64,000 nt of DNA from Naegleria gruberi (Eukaryota): assembly GCA_000004985.1 (NCBI GenBank), contig GG738866.1. One strand, written 5' to 3'. Below are positions 9,167 through 19,204 of this stretch, one piece after another. Made by a program: the position numbers and the translations under genes. The notes under the pieces were generated by a model. It did no database searches, had not been told where the DNA came from, and saw only the letters and a list, made by a program, of their open reading frames with translations. The number at the start of each line of letters is the position of its first letter. Position 1 is the stretch's first letter.

Positions 9167-11559
9167 ATGGCAAGAACAAGACAAACGGCGAGAGCCTTCC
9201 ACAACAGCAGACCAGAAGAACCCTGCTTTACCAATGATGTTCAACAAACAGAATTATTCAGCAAATTGTTGAGAGAAAATTGTCAAGCTTTACGTTCGGA
9301 TGATGATAAATCTTTGCACTCGAGACTTGCCCAATACAAGAATTGTACCAAACTTGCCCAATTGTGGATGTTGGAAGATATGATGAAGAGTGAGAATGAT
9401 CATGATCAATCAATCAATGATGTAGAATATTTGAAACAATTACCGGAAGAATTAAAGATTGAAATTGTTTCTTTTATTCCAACATACAGCAGATATCCTT
9501 CCGTGTCTACCATTCTCGAATGTTACAGCGTTGGTGGAGGAGAACTTGCCTCTGTTCCAGAGGTTGAATATTTGGATGTTTGGTTCATGACCTTTATGAA
9601 ATATAGATTGGTGTCAAAATCCTTTAAAGTTGCTATGGAAAACTTGTTATTCAAACCTTGTCTAACAATGGACTTGATATTACTGGTTTTGTTATGAAAT
9701 GTTTCCTCTCAATTGATAGGAGAATTTGGTTTGTTTACTCATTGTTGGAATCTCACAATAGATTTATTCAAGGTGAATGGGATGGCAAGTTCAACTTGGT
9801 TGAATATCCTTTTTCACATCCTCAAAATGATTACGATTATGCAACACAATTTGGTGGCTCATTTACTTTTGGAAATAATGAGAATAATTCAACTAAATTT
9901 GAATCAACTAATAATAATCTTGATTTGAGCTCTATTGATTTTAATTCAATCAAATCCATTGAGGAAGAATTAATTACAAAGAATGAATTCTCTCTCGAAA
10001 CACCATTTGATATTACTTGTCAGTCTAAGGAGAAACAAGTTGTTGATCTAGTAGCGAAACAGAGTGTGAGAATTGCACAAGTCTACAATCAATTCAGCCA
10101 TACAAATATGTCTGCAAGAAGCGACTTTTCCAATAATTGCATCAATGGTTCTATTAAAACCCTTGCAATTTCACTCTCAAGTACTACATTTGTGAGTGGA
10201 ATACTTGATCTACTTCCTAACATTGAGCATCTTACCATTATTCTTTATGACAGTTTGGAGCTATACCATAGTTTGGCCAATTTAAGATTGACGAGCAGAA
10301 CTAATTTACAATCAGTGAACGTAATAGCACTAAAAAATCTTATATGGAGCGATTTTGCAGGATTTTTTCCTCCTAAGATTACTACTTTTTACACTTTCCT
10401 ACAAGATGGGCCATTAAATCAGTATCATGGTTTAGAGATGTATCTCGACGGTAAGCTAATGCAAAACGAATTTACCCAACAAATTGCAACTGATCCCTCT
10501 TTGATTACACCGAAACTCTTTTTCAAATCATGTGACTTTAAATTTTTCAAAGAAATAGCTCACAAGTACACGCTCTTCCCATTTATATCAGGAATTAGCT
10601 TTTTCTTTAGGGTTAGCAAATTTACTTCTTTGGAAGAACAAAAATCCTTTACAAACTTTATTGCCAAAAACTATCCACTGGAGGGTAAGTATCATTTTCA
10701 TTTCGATTAACACGTAGAAGATTTTGCATTATTTTTTGCAGGAATGCAAAGAAGTAATGACATGAAAGATCTCAGTTGGAAACAATACTTGATATACCTT
10801 TCAAATAGTTATCACAATGGTAGAGTAATGACTGACTCATCAAATGTACCTCATTTACTATACTATGGATTGGATTTAACAAACAATATACTCAAACTAA
10901 GTTTTCCAAATGGTAATCTTGCAGCTTTATTATTGGCTCATTTGAAATTTTTGAAAGAAAAGAATTTGTATCAGATAGATGTGTTTCCATTGAAGCAATG
11001 TTTTATTCGTCATCATAAAACAAAACCGTGGATGGAGCAAGCTTTGAAATTATTGTTCTTTGCCTGTGAAAATTTAACAGAGGTTGAAAAATTAGACTTC
11101 TTTGGAGACTTTAAGTGTTCTCATTATAGTTTCAGTATTGTTCATATAATAATAATAGGATTTCAAGTGGATGACTACATTTTCCAATCTTTAATTAAGC
11201 ATATTCCAACTCAATCCCTTCTTGTAAAGACTTCAAATATTTCTGTTAGCAATACCTTCTTTCATACCCTACATATTGCCATGAAAAACCCACAGTTAAG
11301 TAATGACACCATTTTAAAATTAATAGAAAAAGAGCCAGCATTGGTATTACAAGTGGATAATGAAAATCTCACACCCCTTCATTATGCCTGTAGTGGTAGT
11401 AGTAATAGATGGCCTCTTATTCCACACTTAGAGAAGATTGCTGGTCCAAATTGTTGGTTTGCATTAGATTCAAATCAAAATTCACCTCTTGATTATGTAA
11501 AACTTGTTACGGGATCTTTCAGTCATCTCTTTCCATACGGACCTAGCCAACTGTTATAG
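9167..11559 (+). CDS. F-box domain protein with C-terminal ankyrin-like repeats (multi-exon; first junction unresolved)
   Basis: Real ATG at 9167. 'LPEELKIEIVSFIP...YRLVSKSFKVAMENLL' is F-box-like. The frame shifts +1 somewhere in 9628..9697 with no acceptable GT..AG pair, so this junction is unresolved (unrecognised splice or a 1-nt indel). The next intron is clear: 10685..10741, GTAAGT...TTTTTTGCAG, giving '...NYPLE|G|MQRSND'. The final exon is 10742..11559 and contains 'TPLHYACSGSS...NSPLDYV', which is ankyrin-like. Confidence 0.45.
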
Positions 11560-11731
11560 ATTTAGGATTCAGAAACCAAATCATTCAAATGTTGCACAGA
11601 ATCCTTAAATGCCGAAACGTGTGGTCTCTCAGGTCGTTATTGATACAAGAGACATTAATAAACTTACTTTTATTTAGAATTCAGAAACTGGGTAACTCGT
11701 AATATTTATAATTCGCCAAGTTGAGTTGGAG

Positions 11732-12877
11732 TTAGAAACATTTTCTGTGCACAATGCAAGGGCCAGCCTCTTCGTATTCTTCATTCGTTATCCACATATG
11801 TTGAAAGGTTGAAAGACTCGCCAGGATCGAGCCACCAATCCAGTTAGAGTACTTTCTCTCTGGTGGAGCCACAACCTTAATTTTCATGGCTGTTGGGCTG
11901 AGAGCTACCACTTCTTTGGTCAATCTTTCTGCCATTCCTTCTGTTAACGATAAACCACCTCCAATTAATAAATTTCCATATAAATCCTTTCTATTGTCAT
12001 TGTCAGTTGCTGCAATGGAATTAAAAAATATTTCACCAATTCCTGGTATTTCTTTCCCAATTATTGTGGGATTGAATAATATTTCTGGACATGCAAACCG
12101 TTCGTGAGATAGATTCAACACTTGACCATCTGGTAGTTCATATTCCATATCTAATTCACTAGAACATTGAGTTTTTTCATACTCTTTATCATAATCCAAT
12201 GCTATATAACAAACTTTCTTAATCATTTCCTCCACAATTGATCTTTGATTTGTTAAATTCATTCCCTTACTCTCCTTCAACAAATGAATCATATAATCAA
12301 CCATATTTGATCCTCCGAAATTAAATCTTAAAGTTGATTCTGCAAATGTATATCCCTGAAAAACAGGTTGAATTTGAATTACACCATCTCCTAAACACAT
12401 ACTCAATGCTGTTCCTCTCCCAGATGCATAAACAGCAAGAACAGGAGCTGGTGTCTTGTGAACTCCTCTCATTTCAAACTTTTCAAAACAATATTCCACT
12501 AGTTTTTCAGAATTAGAATTTGGATTCATTACTGCATCTGAAAATAAAACATTACTTCCACGAATATGCTCTTGACTTAATTTCAATTCATTAAAAAACG
12601 TAAATTCCAATAATATATCCATCAAATCCCAATTTTTAACAATTCCATTCTGAATAGGATAGTGAAGATTTAATATTCCTCTTCTACTGTGATTCTTTGC
12701 TTCATCACCAATATAGGTTGATCGTTGACTTGGACAGATCATGGCTGGTAAATATTTTGCTGTCCCGATACAAGAAGAAAAGACTGCACGTGGAGCATCA
12801 TCTCCTGCAAAACCTGCTTGAATAGACGAGCTGCCACAATCTAGAACAAGGTTCAGAGGTTCATCTACTACTGACAT
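11732..12877 (-). CDS. Divergent actin / actin-like protein (381 aa)
   Basis: Single ORF with a real ATG at 12877. 'IQAGFAGDDAPRAVF', 'LPDGQV', 'KIKVVAPPERKYSNWIGGSILASLSTFQHMWI' and the exact actin C-terminus 'IVHRKCF' are present. Overall it is clearly diverged from conventional actin (roughly 45% identity, by eye). Confidence 0.7.
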   Translation of the reverse strand: MSVVDEPLNLVLDCGSSSIQAGFAGDDAPRAVFSSCIGTAKYLPAMICPSQRSTYIGDEAKNHSRRGILNLHYPIQNGIVKNWDLMDILLEFTFFNELKLSQEHIRGSNVLFSDAVMNPNSNSEKLVEYCFEKFEMRGVHKTPAPVLAVYASGRGTALSMCLGDGVIQIQPVFQGYTFAESTLRFNFGGSNMVDYMIHLLKESKGMNLTNQRSIVEEMIKKVCYIALDYDKEYEKTQCSSELDMEYELPDGQVLNLSHERFACPEILFNPTIIGKEIPGIGEIFFNSIAATDNDNRKDLYGNLLIGGGLSLTEGMAERLTKEVVALSPTAMKIKVVAPPERKYSNWIGGSILASLSTFQHMWITNEEYEEAGPCIVHRKCF

Positions 12878-12944
12878 TTTTTTAAGTTCACTTGTCTTGG
12901 TGTTTGGTTACTGCAAGACAGTTTTCTTTTAAAAATAAAATTAT

Positions 12945-13016
12945 CCTCCCATGCCGGGAATTGAACCCGGACCTCCTGGGTGAAAGCCAGGTATCCTAGC
13001 CATTGGACTACACGGG
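12945..13016 (-). tRNA. tRNA-Glu (anticodon UUC), 72 nt, no intron, CCA not encoded
   Basis: Minus-strand sequence TCCCGTGTAGTCCAATGGCTAGGATACCTGGCTTTCACCCAGGAGGTCCGGGTTCAATTCCCGGCATGGGAG. It folds as a cloverleaf with a 7-bp acceptor stem (one G-U), anticodon loop CTTTCAC and a T-arm GGTTCAATTCC. A T-run follows on the minus strand (TTTATTTTT). Confidence 0.9.
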
Positions 13017-13027
13017 AATACATTCAA

Positions 13028-13038
13028 ATTGAAAATAT
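13028..13038 (-). promoter_or_regulatory. Conserved tRNA 5'-flank element AATATTTTCAA at -12..-22, shared with the second tRNA-Glu copy
   Basis: Plus-strand 'TTGAAAATATT' sits 12 nt from the tRNA 5' end at both copies (13028 and 63588). The wider 17-nt match is TTCAWATTGAAAATATT. Confidence 0.4.
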
Positions 13039-13143
13039 TACCCTCATCAAAATTATTTTTAATTTACATTGTGAATTGATTAGTTATTTTTTGATGGTTA
13101 TTATTGGTGGATACTTCTTTAATCACACAAAATCTTAATTTTA

Positions 13144-16100
13144 TTAAGCATAATAGGAAGGAGAGCTGGTTTGGAATAGGTCATGAAGAGTTCTTAATTG
13201 ATCCTCAGTGAATTTCATTTCATGAATTTGCCACATATCTGAATGGCATTTGATAAATTCTTGGAATGTCTTTTTAACAGTTTCTCTAATAGATTGAACA
13301 CTATCATTGGAGAACTTGGCCAAAAAGACGAGCATTTCTGGCATAAAATCAGGAATGGAATATGGGAATGCCAAAGCAACAGCGCTCAACCCAAGGATAC
13401 CACTGTGACGATCAATACTTTCCTTTGGGAGTTTGTCATTGGTTGTCTTCTTTGGTTTGGTTGCCTTTTCTTGGAATTCAGGAATCAACTTTTTCGAATA
13501 GTCAGTGCTGCTGATCTTTAAGAAACCTGAGAGCGTAATAGAGGCCATTTGTCTAACTTCTGGCTGAGAGTCTCTGAGCATTGCTGTAATAATTTCAAAT
13601 AATTTTGGAAGCTTTTCTTGCAAGAAGAATTGTTGTCTATAAGCAAATATTTGTAAACATTCCAAAAGTGCGCTTCTAATAGACCAATTAGCAAAGTTGG
13701 AACATTCCTTGGTTACAATTTCATCATACAAAAAGTCAATCAATTCATTGGCCAAACGAGAAGTGAATGCATATCCAGAAAGGATAATGATATCATTTTG
13801 GCAAATAACTTGTAAATCCTCATCATGAGAAGTTGTATGTTCATAAATCTTGGATACCAATTTGATATGATTCATTATTTCTCCAGATCCACAGTGAGGA
13901 GAACTTGAGTTGAACAAACTAGCAACAAAGCACAAGACAGTCTTGCTGAGATTCTTAAAGTCAGAGTATTGACGTTCGAATTGTGGGCTCTCTGAAGGAA
14001 GTGATCTTAAAGACTTTTCCATTGATTCAAGTGATCCATAAACCTTGAGGTTGAATTTCCTGAGGAATTCATGTTGTGATTCGTCAGTGGAAGCATTCAC
14101 CAAACCAAATGTTGGAAGATTGTTATGTTCCAATCTTCTTGGATGCCATAAGGATTTAAAGATAAAGGAAATAAACAGTCCTACGTATTCTCTAACTTGT
14201 TCAGAGTGATGAGAAAGAGAAATTGAAAATATATCTTCCAACAATTGTTTCATAATGGTTGGACTTCTCCAACTGATTTCACCAACAATACCATACAAAT
14301 ATTTCAAATATCTAACTTGAGCGTTGCTGTCAGCTTCATTATCCTTCTTTTCGAGGGCAGCTCTGGTCTTCTTAGCAATAAAATCTACAATCCATCCAAT
14401 ACGTCTGATATCTTTATCACAGACAGCAAACTCAAATCCTTCACACAATTCAGAAATACAACTCATAGAACAATTTTCCAAGACTTTTTCAAATATTTCT
14501 GGAATGATGAATTCGTGGATGGCTTTAACCTGTTGATCATAATCCCAGTGTTTCATACCTCTGATTAATCCTCCCATAATTTCAGAAATTAAAGCCACAT
14601 GGTGAGTTTCTTCAGTTTTACCTGTTCCAATAGTTGGCATTAAAAGTGATTGAATGTAAGGTTTACACATATCAAGAATACCAACACTACCAGCTTCACA
14701 TGGGAAAACCTGGAACAAACCCTTAAATAATTGAGCATTAGATTCATTGAAACCATCATCTCTAATACTCAATAACTCAATAAAGTTTTGTACGAAATCC
14801 TCTTCTATTACTGTTGAATAAATTTCCTTTTTGAAAATATTATGTTGCGTGGTATCTTTTGGAGCAGAATAGTCATAAACTTCGACTTTAGAAGGTAAAT
14901 TAAACCATCCAAAGTAGTTCTTCTCATAAAACTTGGCATTCTTGAACTCTTCAGCAGAATTTAAATTGGTACCCAATGCAACCCAATCAAGAGTATTGTG
15001 TTTGGTCTTTGGTTCAGGTTCAACCATTTTCGTTGGTTGTCTTGGCTTGTATTGGCTCAAAATTAAATTGACTGCTTCGTACGAAATTATTCTAGTCTTT
15101 TCTAAATCACTAATCATTTGTCTAATTGTAAATTTAGCAGCTTCAATAGGGAATACTTGATCTGGTCTAATCATTAACATTAAGAAACTGCTGACAAGAG
15201 TTTGGTATTTCCAATGCCATCCTCCATTCATTTTGGCAAGATCTGAAACATTAATGATTAAACTTCTATATTTTTCTCTATCTTGATCAGTTGCAATTTG
15301 AATATGATAGAATGCATTGAAATAGGTTTCATAGAGTTGTGCCAAACGTTGTTGGATACTTTGCTTTTCAATATGGCTGGTTTGACAAAGAATCATAATA
15401 AGTTTAGAACACAAATCCCAATCTCTGATAACACATGAAACTGCAAATGGTTTTTCCAAAATGAAAATAGCACCTGTTCTTTGTTCATCAGTTGAATTCT
15501 TGTCTGCAAGAACATCAATGAGCAGTGGTAAGAAACTCTTAATTACTTTGTCAGAAAACTTATTAATACATGACATTAATACAGATTGAGCACGTTTTCT
15601 AACTTCAGAGTAAGAGTGGAGTGAGAGACGGAACAAATCATCGAGTAATCTTTGATGAGATTTGGTGTAAGGAATAGACTCATTATGTATAACACATCTG
15701 ACTTTGTATTCCAATAGGGCTTGGATTAAAAGTAAATATCTTGGATACTTGTTTGGAGTCTTTGTAAAAACATCCTTATAACTGTGTTGTTTTACAAAAT
15801 CATGAGAAGATTTCTTCTTCTTGTATCTGTATCTAGTGTTACCACCTCTCATAGCTATCATTGGGAAGAATACTTTACAAACCTTTCCAATAAGATTTGG
15901 ATCCTTATCAGATCTATGTTCGAGAATAATAGTAGTAAGTTCATGAAGAGTATCACAAACTTGTTCATATCCCACAGTCAGAGGTACATCAGGACAACGT
16001 TTAGCAACACACAACCCAGCTTCAATCAGTCTAGAGTTTGGATATTGATTCATATCCTCTAGAATATCCTTATCAAATTCTGGGAATAAAGTATTACCAC

Positions 16101-18732
16101 CTCTCATCACATATCTGATAAATATTAAACTATTTTTCAGTTTTTGAATATCAGGAATGTTACCTTCCTTCTCTTTCATAACTTTTACACATGTTTTTAC
16201 ACAATCCAGAGATAAATTGAGATAAGTATTGCAAAGTTCATTAGCAAACCTCAACTCTTCTTGAGATGGAATATGCCAATTAATTTCAAAATCATCCAGT
16301 GAAATAAATTCTCCCCATGAGCTCCAATGAGAATGTTTTTTAAATTCTTCAGTATTCCATTGGCTAGCATTCACAGACTTGAGTTCCATCAAGTAATATT
16401 TTGTAAGAGAACGAAGAATATTTCTGAATAATTTTCCACTTGTCTTGACAACCTTTCTCTTGTCGCTTACATAGCATAAAGATATAATTGTTTCAAGTTG
16501 AGATCTGTACTTTAAGAGGTGATGGCCTGTTCTGTAACAAACCTGTCCTAGGATTTGTAAATAATATTGTGTTTCCATCTCGGTTAAATTCTTAAGCGAT
16601 TTTCCATCTCTATTTACAAGTTTATGATAGAGCATTGGAATAAACATTGCCAATGTCTGTTCAGGATATGCATAACTTAGTGAGGAGCACATGTGTGCAA
16701 TATTCTTTCTTGCATTAATTAAAAAGTTGGTTTCTACAAATTTGTAAATTCTCTTCAAGCAAATATCCAACAAGTCAGTAGACATTTGATTAAACAGTAA
16801 ATCACAAAGACCCCAGAACATACTAGGAGATATTATATCTGAATCACCTTGGTTTGCCTTTGGATCTTGTTGATGAGATAAGACATTGAAGATTCTTTCT
16901 AAAAGTTCAATACTCCACTCTTCGAAAATTCTAATAACCTCAGGAGGTGTTCTATCTCCAATTGAGGAACCTGTTGTACATAATGGAACACAAACCAAGA
17001 GGGAAGTATAGAATTTGAAAGTGGAGAAGGTTTTTGTTGGATCATTTACATCAATGCCAGGCAGTGTTAATTGGAGTAAATTTGAAAGATAATTTGCACC
17101 TTCAGGATAAATAGAATACTTAAGGAGAGGGAAAACAACCAAAGAAAGGGTTTCTAAAGCAGAAATAGTTTGATGAGTACTCGTTAAAGTTTCTAATGCA
17201 TAAAAACTTCTTTCCATTAATGAAGGAAAGACTTCTTCAGGAGAAATGTAAGCCAAATGCTTGAGTGAGTGATTGGCACATGTGGTCATTTGACTACTCT
17301 TTGAGAATAATGATGTCATAGCTAAAGGTTGAACTATTTGAACAAATGCTTTACAGTCATCACTGCTTAATCTATATTCCTCTGGAATCCAAGAATATCC
17401 TCCATTCTTTGAAGGAATATAATTATTCTCAGAGAATTGATTCATACCTCTTTCAATATCCAATCTCTTACCAAATTTTGTACATAAAATGAGAAGGAAA
17501 TCGGCACATTTTGTTGTCCATTGTCCTTCGTTTGAAGGCTGATAAAAGTTGGAGATGGATTTGATTAATTGTTTCAAATATTTAAGGGTATTTGAATTTT
17601 TAGAAATCATCCAAACAATTAATTTAGCTGAATTTGCTAAAAGTAAATTTTTAGCAATATCAAATGGTGTAATTAAATTAAGTTCATCTGATGGATATTC
17701 ATCATAATTCGATGGTAATGGAGTGTTACCAATAGGTAAATCAAAGCATTTCATGACTTTAGTGAAAATATATTCCAAATATGGATCCCAGTTAATATAA
17801 CCAGATTGATCTTGTGACAAATTAGCAAACAGTAAAAAGAAGCTCAAGTCCCAAGTTGGATAAACACCAATCCAATCCCAGATACCCAAAAATTCATCCA
17901 TCCATTTTCCATAGTGATTATTTTTGAATACCTCCTGACTTTTGTTGTCATTTCCTTCCAATCTTGTTGGTAAAAATATACTTAAGAAGGATTGGGCTTT
18001 GAATATTTTGTGATCATTAATACATAACATTGGTCTGAAAAATTCTAGCATTTCTTCAGTAGAATTAGTGGAGAAATACCTCTTGATTTTTCTAACCAAG
18101 TCAATTAGAGCAGCACCATGTTCTCTTGGACTATAGGTAGAAATACGAAATTTCTTGAAATATGTTTGGTCAAGAATATCATAAACTACTCTCCAATCAA
18201 AAGTAATATCGAGTACTTCTCCTTTTTTAATGAGAGAAGACAATCCATAACAACATTTTGCTTGAGTTGAAAAATCAACACTATAGATATTCTTACTAGC
18301 AATCTTTAGGATGTTGTATAATATTAAACACAATTCCTCCTTTTCCTTGATTAGTAGAGGATATTTAATCTCGGTATATCTTTTTAATAAAAGAAGAGAA
18401 TAATCTAAATGTTCCCAGTTAATATTTTCTACACAAAGATCATTTGGAGTATACATTCTAAAATGTTGAAACAATTCCTTCCTCCATTCATCACTTTCCT
18501 CTGGAATTACTTTACTAATCTCAGGTGGAAGGAATTTATGATATTTATACAACATTCTTTCTGTCTTTACTTTTTTGTTTTTGTTTTCTTCATTGTTTGG
18601 TAATTCTGCAATTATGGAACCTGAATCGGATGACAGTGTTGATGATGGTACAATCTCTTTATGAGTGGCATCGTCTTCCTCGTAGGTACGCTTCATTTTT
18701 TTATAGTCTGCTTTTGAATGGAAATTATGCAT
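13144..18732 (-). CDS. PSME4: Proteasome activator Blm10/PA200 (PSME4) homolog, 1862 aa
   Basis: Single 5.6-kb ORF with a real ATG at 18732. Size and all-helical HEAT-like repeat composition fit PA200. The C-terminus ends '...SSPSYYA', the conserved Blm10/PA200 HbYX ('YYA') proteasome-docking tail. Confidence 0.6.
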   Translation of the reverse strand: MHNFHSKADYKKMKRTYEEDDATHKEIVPSSTLSSDSGSIIAELPNNEENKNKKVKTERMLYKYHKFLPPEISKVIPEESDEWRKELFQHFRMYTPNDLCVENINWEHLDYSLLLLKRYTEIKYPLLIKEKEELCLILYNILKIASKNIYSVDFSTQAKCCYGLSSLIKKGEVLDITFDWRVVYDILDQTYFKKFRISTYSPREHGAALIDLVRKIKRYFSTNSTEEMLEFFRPMLCINDHKIFKAQSFLSIFLPTRLEGNDNKSQEVFKNNHYGKWMDEFLGIWDWIGVYPTWDLSFFLLFANLSQDQSGYINWDPYLEYIFTKVMKCFDLPIGNTPLPSNYDEYPSDELNLITPFDIAKNLLLANSAKLIVWMISKNSNTLKYLKQLIKSISNFYQPSNEGQWTTKCADFLLILCTKFGKRLDIERGMNQFSENNYIPSKNGGYSWIPEEYRLSSDDCKAFVQIVQPLAMTSLFSKSSQMTTCANHSLKHLAYISPEEVFPSLMERSFYALETLTSTHQTISALETLSLVVFPLLKYSIYPEGANYLSNLLQLTLPGIDVNDPTKTFSTFKFYTSLLVCVPLCTTGSSIGDRTPPEVIRIFEEWSIELLERIFNVLSHQQDPKANQGDSDIISPSMFWGLCDLLFNQMSTDLLDICLKRIYKFVETNFLINARKNIAHMCSSLSYAYPEQTLAMFIPMLYHKLVNRDGKSLKNLTEMETQYYLQILGQVCYRTGHHLLKYRSQLETIISLCYVSDKRKVVKTSGKLFRNILRSLTKYYLMELKSVNASQWNTEEFKKHSHWSSWGEFISLDDFEINWHIPSQEELRFANELCNTYLNLSLDCVKTCVKVMKEKEGNIPDIQKLKNSLIFIRYVMRGGNTLFPEFDKDILEDMNQYPNSRLIEAGLCVAKRCPDVPLTVGYEQVCDTLHELTTIILEHRSDKDPNLIGKVCKVFFPMIAMRGGNTRYRYKKKKSSHDFVKQHSYKDVFTKTPNKYPRYLLLIQALLEYKVRCVIHNESIPYTKSHQRLLDDLFRLSLHSYSEVRKRAQSVLMSCINKFSDKVIKSFLPLLIDVLADKNSTDEQRTGAIFILEKPFAVSCVIRDWDLCSKLIMILCQTSHIEKQSIQQRLAQLYETYFNAFYHIQIATDQDREKYRSLIINVSDLAKMNGGWHWKYQTLVSSFLMLMIRPDQVFPIEAAKFTIRQMISDLEKTRIISYEAVNLILSQYKPRQPTKMVEPEPKTKHNTLDWVALGTNLNSAEEFKNAKFYEKNYFGWFNLPSKVEVYDYSAPKDTTQHNIFKKEIYSTVIEEDFVQNFIELLSIRDDGFNESNAQLFKGLFQVFPCEAGSVGILDMCKPYIQSLLMPTIGTGKTEETHHVALISEIMGGLIRGMKHWDYDQQVKAIHEFIIPEIFEKVLENCSMSCISELCEGFEFAVCDKDIRRIGWIVDFIAKKTRAALEKKDNEADSNAQVRYLKYLYGIVGEISWRSPTIMKQLLEDIFSISLSHHSEQVREYVGLFISFIFKSLWHPRRLEHNNLPTFGLVNASTDESQHEFLRKFNLKVYGSLESMEKSLRSLPSESPQFERQYSDFKNLSKTVLCFVASLFNSSSPHCGSGEIMNHIKLVSKIYEHTTSHDEDLQVICQNDIIILSGYAFTSRLANELIDFLYDEIVTKECSNFANWSIRSALLECLQIFAYRQQFFLQEKLPKLFEIITAMLRDSQPEVRQMASITLSGFLKISSTDYSKKLIPEFQEKATKPKKTTNDKLPKESIDRHSGILGLSAVALAFPYSIPDFMPEMLVFLAKFSNDSVQSIRETVKKTFQEFIKCHSDMWQIHEMKFTEDQLRTLHDLFQTSSPSYYA

Positions 18733-19204
18733 TTCGAGGCAATGGGTAGTGGCAATGTGATGGAGTGCTTTGTGCGTTCATGTTGTGTGCTTGATTCAAC
18801 CTTTAGCTTCGCTGCTGAAAAATATTGAAGTCTTAAAATTAAGATTATTATTCCGGAAGGCACAAACAACTAAAAATACTTGTATTATTACTTGCATTAT
18901 ATAATTCCAAATAATCATTTAGATGATCTAATTGGACCATTACAATACTAATAAATCATATTCTTGTTCGTTTGATGTTTGGAATTAGATCATTTGTTAT
19001 TCTCATGTCTTCAAAATATTCTATCCAGATAGCCTGGTTGAGAATCTTTCTTGAGGTGTTGGAAATATTCTTGTCGTGTTCAAACTTGTTGAAGAAGGTC
19101 ACCACAAAACACTTAAAGCGAAGGGGTGATAAACTGCATATTCAATAAAATAATAGATTTTCGAATCGAAAAAAAACAATACAACTACTAGACGGCATTT
19201 AACA

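Noticed and set aside
9628-9697. Tried to model the +1 frame change in the F-box gene as a small intron (e.g. GTTTTG...TTGATAG, 34 nt, or GTCAAA...TTTAAAG, 17 nt)
   Set aside because: Every candidate is far shorter than real introns here, has a poor donor, or leaves a stop in frame. The junction is left unresolved rather than invented.
12878-13143. Looked for tRNA-associated retrotransposon ends (TRE-like elements) next to the tRNA-Glu copies
   Set aside because: Both flanks are short unique spacers directly abutting protein-coding genes. There are no LTRs, poly(A) tails, target-site duplications or RT/endonuclease ORFs.
13243-18749. Several short plus-strand ORFs (13243..13521, 14245..14568, 15784..16062, 18409..18749)
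   Set aside because: All lie antisense within the 5.6-kb PA200/Blm10 ORF. A long uninterrupted sense ORF makes short antisense ORFs statistically expected.
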